From the NCBI GenBank assembly GCA_964567445.1, contig CAZMMR010000001.1, positions 3,656 through 42,820 of the forward strand: DNA of 39,165 nt, given 5' to 3'. Under the pieces are notes generated by a model, which saw only the letters and a list, made by a program, of their open reading frames with translations, did no database searches and had not been told where the DNA came from. A program made the position numbers and the translations under genes. This DNA comes from an uncultured Pseudomonadales bacterium (GTDB lineage Bacteria > Patescibacteriota > Microgenomatia > UBA1400 > PJMF01). Below, piece by piece: positions 27,172-34,737 of this stretch (position 1 is the first letter of the stretch; every line of letters starts with the position of its first letter).

Positions 27172-27846
27172 ATGAACAATTCTCCTCCTAATTTTTTTGT
27201 TTCAAACTCGTTAAAGAAAAAAGGTTTAAAGATTAAATACTCTACTTTTTCTGTGTCGCAAGTTCCCAAAAGAAGAGGCGGTAATCTGTCGCAAAAAATA
27301 GATGATAAGCTTGCCACTCTAAACATTAATGAGTTGTTGTCATCACCAATAATTGCTGAATATAAAAGATTGCAGTCCGAAACTGGGATAGAACAACCAG
27401 TGGCTCCAGCTGAATATTTACTAAAGCTAATCAAAAAATCAGGTATGCTGCCCAATATCAATAGATTGGTTGATTGTTATAATTTGGCTTCCGTGGAGAC
27501 AGCGCTTTCGATGGGGGCTCATGACTTGTCTGGGATCAAGGGTGATTTAAAGTTAGATATTACCGATGGCTCAGAAAAATACACCCCTCTCCTCAGTCAC
27601 AACAGAGAACAAGTCAATCCAGGAGAATATGCTGTTATGGATGAAGAAAAAATAATTTGTCGCTTAGATGTAAAACAGTGCGATGAAACCAAATGCACTC
27701 AAGACACGCGCAACTTTCTGGTTTATGTTCAAGGCAATCAAGAAACTAGCGAAGATTATGTGCAGCAAGGCCTGGATAAAGTTTGTGACTATATGCATAA
27801 GTACTGTTATGCAGAATATGCTATCCATGATGAGAAGATAGAATGA
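27172..27846 (+). CDS. B3/B4 tRNA-binding-domain protein (PheT-related)
   Basis: INRLVDCYNLASVETALSMGAHDLSGIKGDLKL...NPGEYAVMDEEKIICRLDVKQCDETK is the typical B3_4 domain pattern. Confidence 0.7.
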   Translation: MNNSPPNFFVSNSLKKKGLKIKYSTFSVSQVPKRRGGNLSQKIDDKLATLNINELLSSPIIAEYKRLQSETGIEQPVAPAEYLLKLIKKSGMLPNINRLVDCYNLASVETALSMGAHDLSGIKGDLKLDITDGSEKYTPLLSHNREQVNPGEYAVMDEEKIICRLDVKQCDETKCTQDTRNFLVYVQGNQETSEDYVQQGLDKVCDYMHKYCYAEYAIHDEKIE

Positions 27847-27860
27847 GCGATAAGTTACTG

Positions 27861-28322
27861 TGGAGATGAGGGGGAGTGACCCCCTGTCCGTCAACTAACT
27901 AAATAACAACTTCTACAGACATAGTTTATTTTTGCTCAAAGCAGAAACAGTTAATAAACAAACTGTTTTTCTGCAGCCATGCTTAAGACTTAAACCTAAA
28001 CAGAGCATGAACTGTTAGGCCGTCACACTGACTGGTTTTCCACCTACTAGCTCTCGCCAGTGAGAAGAAACTGGTAGATGCCTACTTAAGCTACGTTAGT
28101 AGCGTAAGCTGGAGTTACGACCGGCTCAAAGAGGCTAGCAATGGCTTTAACACCATTGTTTAAAGCTGCTTTGGCTGATGCAACTGTACTGCGAATTGTT
28201 TCGACAGTTTTAGTTTTGATCATTGTTTCCTGTCATGAAGACAGGCCGATAAACGGTACATCTTTTGATCAAAGATGGTCTGCTGCTGTTAAAGAGCTGT
28301 TGCGTCTAATCAACACATCCCC
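27861..28322 (-). ncRNA. ssrA: tmRNA (transfer-messenger RNA), about 462 nt
   Basis: On the minus strand the 5' end is GGGGAUG-UGUU-GAUUAGAC (cf. GGAUUCGAC). The 3' end is GGAC-AGGGGG-UCACU-CCCCCU-CAUCUCC-A. The 7-bp acceptor stem GGGGAUG/CAUCUCC includes a G3:U70 wobble, the Ala identity element. Long-range pairing is P2-like (CAGAC/GUCUG, AACAGC/GUUGUU, CAAC/GUUG). There is an internal short ORF region and a pseudoknot-like 3' half. CCA is not encoded. Confidence 0.8.
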
Positions 28323-28437
28323 GTTTCTGTTTTCCTTAAATATTACTAGTCAAATCTTTCACCTTTTTCTCAACAGTAATAATTATTATAAGATAATTAG
28401 TTGTCAACGACTAGTGGCATTAAGACTAGCAAATAAA

Positions 28438-29109
28438 TCAGCTTCTAGCAACAGTCATAGCTGTGATAGTTCCTGCCCCTTGTTGCTTTAATCTTTGGGC
28501 ACAAGCGTTGAGCGTAGTGCCGGTACTCACAACATCATCAATGAGAATAATATTTTTATTGGTTAGATCTGGTTTTGGCCTTAACATTTTAATAGAATCT
28601 TTCAGATTAGTTAGTCTCTCTCCTGGATCCTTTAGGCTGGCTTGCCGCCTAGTATGTTTGTTTTTAATGAGCAGTGGTTTTAAGGGTATTTTTGTTAGCA
28701 TACTAAACTCTCGGGCAATTTCTTGTGCCTGATTGAAGCCGCGGTTGCTGATGCGCATTTTAGAGCTGGGCACAAAAGTAACGTAGTCCGCATTTGGCCA
28801 AGACAGATGTAGAAATAGCAGCTCTGCAATTTTCTTGGTTACTTTAATTACTCGTTTGTACTTAAGAGTTGTAATTAGGTTTTTCACTGGCGGTTGATAG
28901 TAAGCTAAAACTAATAATTGATCGACACAATCATTTTTTTGGAGCAGTTTAGCTTTGTTTTGAGGGTAGAATTGAATAAGTTGCTGGCAATCTAGACATA
29001 GAAGACTACCAGGCCTATGGCACCAGACGCAAGTTGGAGGAAAAAGAAAGTTAAGCAAGGTGTTTGTAATACCGAACACGCCACTGATAATAACTTTCAA
29101 TGCTGACAT
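28438..29109 (-). CDS. comFC: ComF-family phosphoribosyltransferase (ComFC-like)
   Basis: It has an N-terminal Cys4 motif (CVWCHRPGSLLCLDC) and the PRTase motif IILIDDVVSTGTTL. Confidence 0.85.
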   Translation of the reverse strand: MSALKVIISGVFGITNTLLNFLFPPTCVWCHRPGSLLCLDCQQLIQFYPQNKAKLLQKNDCVDQLLVLAYYQPPVKNLITTLKYKRVIKVTKKIAELLFLHLSWPNADYVTFVPSSKMRISNRGFNQAQEIAREFSMLTKIPLKPLLIKNKHTRRQASLKDPGERLTNLKDSIKMLRPKPDLTNKNIILIDDVVSTGTTLNACAQRLKQQGAGTITAMTVARS

Positions 29110-29121
29110 TTTGTTGAACTT

Positions 29122-29147
29122 GTTGCAGTTGGATTTAGAACTTACGC
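29122..29147. repeat. solo copy of the outermost 26 bp of the IS30-family right inverted repeat
   Basis: GTTGCAGTTGGATTTAGAACTTACGC is identical (26/26) and in the same orientation as 7353-7378. No transposase is adjacent. Confidence 0.85.
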
Positions 29148-29172
29148 AATTTTTAAAAGATAGTGGATGTAG

Positions 29173-29178
29173 TATAAT
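29173..29178 (+). promoter_or_regulatory. candidate -10 box (TATAAT) for tRNA-Val
   Basis: A perfect TATAAT lies 26 nt upstream of the tRNA 5' end. No good -35 element is present. Confidence 0.3.
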
Positions 29179-29203
29179 GTTTCTTTCCAGGGGGTATTAA
29201 ACT

Positions 29204-29277
29204 GGATCCGTAGCTCAGTTGGTTAGAGCGTTCCGTTCACATCGGAGAGGTCAGCTGTTCGAGTCAGCTCGGATCCA
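29204..29277 (+). tRNA. tRNA-Val (anticodon CAC)
   Basis: Manual cloverleaf: acceptor GGATCCG/CGGATCC, D arm GCTC-AGTTGGTTA-GAGC, anticodon arm TTCCG-TTCACAT-CGGAG, variable AGGTC, T arm AGCTG-TTCGAGT-CAGCT, discriminator A. The length is 74 nt and CCA is not encoded. Confidence 0.92.
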
Positions 29278-29347
29278 CACCAAGACAGTTAATTCTACTC
29301 TAAATTGTAAAGCTGTCTTTATTCTATTAATCACACAAAGGAAGTAT

Positions 29348-29779
29348 ATGTCACTTAAAGACCAATTGCTTGATGAAATGAAACAAGCCATGAAGGCTGG
29401 TAACAAATTAAAGCTAGATGTAGTGAGAATGCTGCGTTCTCGCATTAAAAATGTCGAAATAGATCATGGTGAGCTAGATGATGCTGGTGTTCAAAAAGTA
29501 GTACAAAAGCAGATTAAGCAGTGGAAAGATGCGCTTGAGGATTATAAAAAAGGAGAACGGCCTGATTTAGTAGAAGAAACTCAGCAAAAAATTAAGCTTT
29601 TGCAGGAGTATATGCCAGAGCAATTAAATGAAGAAGAGCTGAAAAAGATCATTATGGAAGTAAGAGAGGCAACGGCTCTAGATCAAGTTGGGCCTCTAAT
29701 TGGTAAGGTTAAGCAAAAAGTTGGCAATAAAGCAGAAGGATCTAGGATTGCTAAAATAGTTAATCAACTCTTTGGTTAA
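29348..29779 (+). CDS. yqeY: GatB/YqeY-domain protein
   Basis: MSLKDQLLDEMKQAMKAGNKLKLDVVRMLRSRIKN is a typical YqeY N-terminus. The ATG at 29348 has an AAGGAAG RBS. The longer ORF from 29219 would overlap the tRNA. Confidence 0.85.
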   Translation: MSLKDQLLDEMKQAMKAGNKLKLDVVRMLRSRIKNVEIDHGELDDAGVQKVVQKQIKQWKDALEDYKKGERPDLVEETQQKIKLLQEYMPEQLNEEELKKIIMEVREATALDQVGPLIGKVKQKVGNKAEGSRIAKIVNQLFG

Positions 29780-29806
29780 TTTTTCTGCCACTAACTATTG
29801 GTATAC

Positions 29807-30451
29807 ATGCAGACAAAAAAAATTGGACAACTGTTGCAAGAAGAACGCAGGCGTTTTGGTCTGAGCCTGAAGGAAATGTCTCAGCAGACTAAGATTAAAG
29901 TTAAATATCTAAAAGCGCTGGAAAAAAACCAGTTCAAACAGCTACCTGCCAGCACTTTTGTTAAAGGCTTTATTAAGGCTTACGCTCGTGTTCTAGATTT
30001 TGATCAAAAACCGTTGTTAGCCATGCTACGTCGTGATTACAAAGAAGATGAGTCTGGCCACTTGTTGCCGCGTGATTTTATTAAACCGGTTCATAAAAAA
30101 AGAAAATTTTGGCGGCCTATCACCTTTGTTTTGCTGTCTGTCGCCACAGTCTTTCTAGTTTTATTGGGTTATGTGGGCTGGCAGTGGTATAGTTTAAATC
30201 GTCCGCCCCAACTTGAACTTTACCAACCTGAAGACAATCAATTTGTTTCTGGTCAGGTAGAAGTAATTGGCCAAACTCAGCCAGAAGCAGTAGTATCAAT
30301 TAATGCCCAACCGGTATCAATAAAACCCGATGGTAGTTTTCGTACAGAGTTGTATCTACCAAGAGAAGGGGTGGCAACCGTTACTGTAGAGGCTACAGAT
30401 TCTAGAGGTAAAAGCAGTCTAGAACAAAGAACAGTTTATGTAAAATTCTAA
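29807..30451 (+). CDS. rodZ: RodZ-like HTH (HTH_25) membrane protein
   Basis: It has the N-terminal HTH IGQLLQEERRRFGLSLKEMSQQTKIKVKYLKALE and FVKGFIKAYARVL, followed by a single TM helix and an extracytoplasmic beta-rich domain. Confidence 0.7.
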   Translation: MQTKKIGQLLQEERRRFGLSLKEMSQQTKIKVKYLKALEKNQFKQLPASTFVKGFIKAYARVLDFDQKPLLAMLRRDYKEDESGHLLPRDFIKPVHKKRKFWRPITFVLLSVATVFLVLLGYVGWQWYSLNRPPQLELYQPEDNQFVSGQVEVIGQTQPEAVVSINAQPVSIKPDGSFRTELYLPREGVATVTVEATDSRGKSSLEQRTVYVKF

Positions 30452-30526
30452 CGGTTATCACGCAAGACTCTAGTGCTGTGATATAGTAATTCCAACAATA
30501 ATTATTATTATTTACAATAAACATTT

Positions 30527-30808
30527 ATGACAGAAATTTTACCGATTATCTTAGCCGTTTTACTAGGTACTTTAGCAGTAATACTCATTATTGTTGGCGT
30601 GCAGCTGATTTTAGTCCTCAACTCTTTTCGTCGAGCTTTAAATAAAGTTAACGCCGCTTTTGATGATGTCGAGGAAAGAATTCAACAACTTACCCAGCCT
30701 CTTCAGAATTTAGCTGGTATTGCTGCTGGTGTTAAAACTGGAGTTAAAGTCTTTGAAGGCTTTGTTGGCTTTCTTAACAGCAAAAAAGAAAACAAAGAGG
30801 AAGAGTAA
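30527..30808 (+). CDS. DUF948-like small membrane protein
   Basis: A 93-aa protein with an N-terminal TM helix followed by a helical region, as in the DUF948 architecture. Confidence 0.55.
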   Translation: MTEILPIILAVLLGTLAVILIIVGVQLILVLNSFRRALNKVNAAFDDVEERIQQLTQPLQNLAGIAAGVKTGVKVFEGFVGFLNSKKENKEEE

Positions 30809-30812
30809 CTTT

Positions 30813-31136
30813 ATGTCTAATGATAAGTCCTCACAGAGCAAGTTTGGGACTGGATTGTTAATTGGCTTTTTGACCGGCGCTACCAGTTATTTTTTGTTTA
30901 ATACTGACGAAGGACGAGAGTTAAGGGGCCAGTTAAAAGATAGGTGGCAGACCGCGGCTGATAACTGGCCGCAATTATCTGAAATCAAAGTTGGTGATTT
31001 GGAATTAGAGGAATTGGCTAAAATTTTGTTAGGAATTGATAGAAGTCAGAGAAAAAAGCTTAATTTAAAATTCAAGACAGCAAAACGATCAGGTACAAAA
31101 AAAAATAAGAAACTAGATACTTTTAAAGGAGTGTAA
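30813..31136 (+). CDS. YtxH-like membrane protein
   Basis: It has GLLIGFLTGATSYFLFNTDEGRELRGQLKD. The ATG at 30813 has a GAGGAAGAG RBS. The upstream ORF extension overlaps the previous gene. Confidence 0.65.
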   Translation: MSNDKSSQSKFGTGLLIGFLTGATSYFLFNTDEGRELRGQLKDRWQTAADNWPQLSEIKVGDLELEELAKILLGIDRSQRKKLNLKFKTAKRSGTKKNKKLDTFKGV

Positions 31137-31591
31137 TGACTGAAGAAGAAAAACAAACCCAGCCTAAGCTGCCCATCAATCTCCCTCAGTGGTTAGTTAT
31201 TGGCGGCGTCTTGGCATTTGCTTATATTTTCTTCATGGTTGGCCGCCAAGTTTATACACCAGGTAAAGGCTTGCAAATTTTCAATTTAAATCAGTCAGCT
31301 CAGCAGGAACAAATTGAACAAACAGATGAGAAACAAACAGTCTACACCTTTCAGGCAGAAAAGTCTGATCAAACCCCACTCTCGCTCTTAGAGGATGAAG
31401 CAGATGTTGAATATCAGGAATATGACTTTGGAGTCTTTGTTGAGAGTATTAATGGTCAAGACAGTAACAACGATTATTTTTGGGCTCTTTACGTAAATGA
31501 TGAGTTTGCTCAAAAAGCTGCTGATCGCATTGAGCTTCAAGCAGGTGACGAAGTCCAGTGGCGTTGGGAGGAAGTGGAAGACAACTTCTAG
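31136..31591 (+). CDS. DUF4430-domain protein with N-terminal TM anchor
   Basis: FGVFVESINGQDSNNDYFWALYVNDEFAQKAADRIELQAGDEVQWRW matches the DUF4430 pattern. Its start overlaps the previous stop (TAATG). Confidence 0.65.
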   Translation: MTEEEKQTQPKLPINLPQWLVIGGVLAFAYIFFMVGRQVYTPGKGLQIFNLNQSAQQEQIEQTDEKQTVYTFQAEKSDQTPLSLLEDEADVEYQEYDFGVFVESINGQDSNNDYFWALYVNDEFAQKAADRIELQAGDEVQWRWEEVEDNF

Positions 31592-31676
31592 TAATCTCTT
31601 GTTGTCATTATTCTAAAGTTTATTTCTTAAGACAAGTTAGATATAATCTAGCAACTAACATTTGCTAGGCTTACTT

Positions 31677-32213
31677 ATGACATTATCTGTAAATAAATTA
31701 TTCCAGATTGGCAAAAAAGCTGCTATGGCTTTAGTGATCTTTGTTAGTCGTTGTTTAAGCCTGGCACCTAATTTTAGCCCGCTTGGTGCATATGGTTTTT
31801 ATGGTCAGAATTTAGGTTTATTTTTTGCTAATATCATCGTTTTTGATTGGCTTAAATCCGGTTTTTACCCTGGATTTATTTTTACCTATCTTGGGTTTCT
31901 GGGTTATTTTGCAGCGGGCAAAATAGCAGCTAAGCAAAGAAACAAAGGATGCAACAAGAAGTTTTGGTTTAATTTTAAGTGGATGTCTATTGCTAGTTTT
32001 TGGTTCTTTATTATTTCTAACCTAGGAGTGTGGTTTTACTGGTATCCTCAGACTTGGCAAGGCTTGCTTAGTTGTTATGCGGTGGCCCTACCCTTCTACC
32101 GCAATACTGTGATTGGTGATATAACCTTTTCTTCTATTTTTATGTTAAGTGAGTCTGCTATTAACTCTTTGCGTCAACAAAAACATTATCAAACACAAGT
32201 AGTCACTTCTTAA
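31677..32213 (+). CDS. polytopic membrane protein (possibly DUF6580-like)
   Basis: It has several TM helices and an N-terminal APNFSPLGAYGFYG motif reminiscent of the PNF(S/T)P(I/L)GA motif. The ATG at 31677 is preferred over the TTG at 31662. Confidence 0.55.
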   Translation: MTLSVNKLFQIGKKAAMALVIFVSRCLSLAPNFSPLGAYGFYGQNLGLFFANIIVFDWLKSGFYPGFIFTYLGFLGYFAAGKIAAKQRNKGCNKKFWFNFKWMSIASFWFFIISNLGVWFYWYPQTWQGLLSCYAVALPFYRNTVIGDITFSSIFMLSESAINSLRQQKHYQTQVVTS

Positions 32214-32215
32214 TT

Positions 32216-34090
32216 ATGTCAATTTCTGGCAACCATATAAGACAAGAATATCTAGATTTTTTTCAAAAAAATGATCATGCCATTGTGCCGTCTGGTTTAC
32301 TAGTTCCAGAAAATGATCCTACTACGCTATTTACTACTGCCGGAATGCAGTGGATGTTGCCATATTTGTTGGGTAATGAACATCCGCAGGGAAATCGTAT
32401 TAGCAACTCTCAAAAGTGTTTGAGAGCAGCTGATATTGATGAGGTTGGAGATAACCGCCATACTACTTTTTTTGAGATGTTAGGTAATTGGTCTTTAGGT
32501 GATTATTTTAGACAAGAGCAGTTATCATGGGTTTACGATTTTTTAACCAAAAAAGTGGGCCTAGACCCGCATCGGTTGTATGTGACAGCTTTTATCAGTA
32601 GCGACAAGTTTCAAATACCAAGGGATGAGGACACTATCAAAATCTGGCAAAACCTTTTTTCAAAAGATGGGGTTGAAGCGCAGGTGGTAACAGATCCAAT
32701 GCAGCAGGGTGTCCATGGTCGTATTTTCCTTTATCGTTGGGAAAACTGGTGGTCTCGGGCTGGAGAACCAGATAATATGCCGGTTGGTGAGCCTGGTGGA
32801 CCCGACAGCGAAGTCTTTTATGATTTTGGTTCCGAGTTTCATTTCCACGAAAATTCATCTTATGCTGATCAGCCTTGTCATGTTAATTGTGACTGCGGTC
32901 GTTTTCTCGAGATTGGCAACAGTGTTTTCATGCAATATCAAAAAACAAAAACAGGGTTTAAAGAATTACCACAAAAAAATATTGATTTTGGGGGTGGGTT
33001 AGAGCGCATCACTGCCGCTGCTAATAACGAGCCCGATGTTTTTAAAACTGATTTGTTTTGGCCGATTATAGAGCGACTTTCAGGATTAACTGGTTTGGAT
33101 TACCGAGCGCATCAGGAAAACTTCAGGGTTATCACTGATCATATTAAAGCCAGCGTTATGCTGATTGCTGATGGTGCTCAACCCAGTAATAAAGATCAGG
33201 GTTATATGGTTCGCCGCTTACTGCGTCGCGCTATACGTTTTGGCAAGTTAATGGGAGTTGAGCAGTCATTTTTATCCGACTTGGTTCAACCAGTTGTTGC
33301 TATCTATCGAGGCCACTACTCGTATCTCAAAAACAAGCAAGAAAGTATCACCCGGATTGTGGCTAAAGAAAGTAAGAAATTTGAAAAGACGCTGAATCGT
33401 GGTTTAAAAAAGTTTGATGACTTGTTGTCGCAAAAAGAAAAACTTACTGGTCAGATTGCTTTTGACTTATATCAGACCTATGGATTTCCTTTAGAGATGT
33501 CTATTGAGGAAGCTCAAAGACAGAATATCAGCCTTGATAGTCAATTACGGTCAGATTTTAAGCAAGCTCAAGAGGAACACGCTCGGCAGTCTCGCAGCGG
33601 GGCGGCTGGTAAGTTTAAGGGCGGGTTGGCTGATGAATCTAATATTACTACTCAATACCACACCGTTACTCATCTACTCCACGCTGCTTTAAGAAAAGTG
33701 TTGGGTGACCATGTTCAGCAAAAAGGTTCTAATATCAATGCTCAAAGGTTGCGTTTTGACTTCTCTCATCCTCAGGCTGTAGATGATAAACAAATTCAAG
33801 AGTTACAACAACTAATTAATGACTGGATTCAAGAGGATTTGCTAGTGAGTAAATCGATTATGTCCAAAGAAGAGGCGCTGCAATCTGGTGCTCTAGCATT
33901 CTTTTCTGGCAAATATCCAGATGAGGTTAGTGTTTACACAATCGGTGATAAAGAAGACTGGGTATCAAAAGAATTATGCGGCGGCCCCCATGTTAAGCGT
34001 ACCAGCGAAATCCAACCAATTGAAATTTATAAAGAAAAATCTGCTTCATCTGGAGTGAGGCGTATCTATGCCCGCCGTCGTCATAGATAG
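32216..34090 (+). CDS. alaS: alanine--tRNA ligase (short form lacking the C-Ala domain)
   Basis: It has IRQEYLDFFQKNDHAIVPS, FTTAGMQ, HTTFFEMLGNWSLGDYF and the editing-domain metal motifs HTVTHLLHAAL and CGGPHV. It ends right after the editing domain (624 aa). Confidence 0.93.
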   Translation: MSISGNHIRQEYLDFFQKNDHAIVPSGLLVPENDPTTLFTTAGMQWMLPYLLGNEHPQGNRISNSQKCLRAADIDEVGDNRHTTFFEMLGNWSLGDYFRQEQLSWVYDFLTKKVGLDPHRLYVTAFISSDKFQIPRDEDTIKIWQNLFSKDGVEAQVVTDPMQQGVHGRIFLYRWENWWSRAGEPDNMPVGEPGGPDSEVFYDFGSEFHFHENSSYADQPCHVNCDCGRFLEIGNSVFMQYQKTKTGFKELPQKNIDFGGGLERITAAANNEPDVFKTDLFWPIIERLSGLTGLDYRAHQENFRVITDHIKASVMLIADGAQPSNKDQGYMVRRLLRRAIRFGKLMGVEQSFLSDLVQPVVAIYRGHYSYLKNKQESITRIVAKESKKFEKTLNRGLKKFDDLLSQKEKLTGQIAFDLYQTYGFPLEMSIEEAQRQNISLDSQLRSDFKQAQEEHARQSRSGAAGKFKGGLADESNITTQYHTVTHLLHAALRKVLGDHVQQKGSNINAQRLRFDFSHPQAVDDKQIQELQQLINDWIQEDLLVSKSIMSKEEALQSGALAFFSGKYPDEVSVYTIGDKEDWVSKELCGGPHVKRTSEIQPIEIYKEKSASSGVRRIYARRRHR

Positions 34091-34266
34091 TAAATCTTCA
34101 AGATTGTTGCTTTGGCTTCCTCTTTTCACAATCAAGCTTGTCTGCTTAAATAGAGATAGTTGCTCGAGATCAGAAAGCAGTGTTTTTACTGTTTTAAAGT
34201 ATATCAAAAACATACAAAATCATTCTGATTATAGAGTTAACACTACAAACATCATCATTTCTGACT

Positions 34267-34728
34267 ATGGATCTGCCTAATCTTTTCAGCCACAAGCAAA
34301 GTATAAACCGAGATACCTATCTTTCATTATTGTTAACGGATCAGTCGGCTCAGTCTGTTTTGTGGCGGGCAGCAGAGCAAAAGATAATACTTCTTAATAA
34401 GTCGGTTGTGCGTTACTTTGGCAACGAAGATGAGCGTCTAATTCAAGTCGATGAAAGCTTGCGTGATTTAGGTGAAGACTCTGAAGGTGTCGATCAGGTA
34501 TTGTTTGGCTTAGAACCTAATTGGGTTAATAAACAAGGTATTATACCCGCTAAAAAGAAGGAACTTAAACAAATTACAGATAAGCTGGATTTAAAAGTAG
34601 TGGGCTTTGTTTTAACCACTGAGGCTCTCAGGCAATATCTAGTTACTCATAATCAGTACCTGTCGTCCGTCTTGCTTTATGTTGGTGCTCATTTTTTAAA
34701 AATAGTAGTAATAAGACAGGGTAAGTGA
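34267..34728 (+). CDS. N-terminal fragment of a degenerate actin/FtsA/PilM-like fold protein
   Basis: It ends in SVLLYVGAHFLKIVVIRQGK at a TGA (34726-34728) that is in frame with the next ORF. Confidence 0.6.
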   Translation: MDLPNLFSHKQSINRDTYLSLLLTDQSAQSVLWRAAEQKIILLNKSVVRYFGNEDERLIQVDESLRDLGEDSEGVDQVLFGLEPNWVNKQGIIPAKKKELKQITDKLDLKVVGFVLTTEALRQYLVTHNQYLSSVLLYVGAHFLKIVVIRQGK

Positions 34729-34737
34729 GCTCGTACT

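Noticed and set aside
28141-28491. 116-aa + strand ORF filling the large gap
   Set aside because: It overlaps the tmRNA on the opposite strand and the 3' end of comFC. It has low-complexity, non-protein-like composition and no RBS.
29122-29147. 26-bp repeat considered as a CRISPR repeat or regulatory box
   Set aside because: There are only two copies, 21.7 kb apart. One copy is exactly the terminus of the IS30 element and has an inverted partner at the other IS end, so it is IS-derived.
27847-29347. Possible genomic island integrated at tmRNA or tRNA-Val
   Set aside because: There is no integrase, no duplicated 3' tRNA or tmRNA segment (att-like direct repeat), and no foreign-looking genes. 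The neighbours are housekeeping genes.
29219-29347. N-terminal 43-aa extension of the YqeY ORF
   Set aside because: It would overlap the tRNA-Val gene. The internal ATG at 29348 has a good RBS and yields the canonical YqeY N-terminus.
30720-30812. N-terminal extension of the YtxH-like ORF
   Set aside because: It overlaps the 3' end of the DUF948-like gene in another frame. The ATG at 30813 is preceded by GAGGAAGAG.
34726-34728. In-frame TGA as evidence for an alternative genetic code (UGA=Gly, as in SR1/Gracilibacteria)
   Set aside because: TGA terminates full-length conserved genes here, for example sufC at 8671-8673 and sufS at 10812-10814. No other conserved protein in the window is interrupted by TGA, so the standard code fits.
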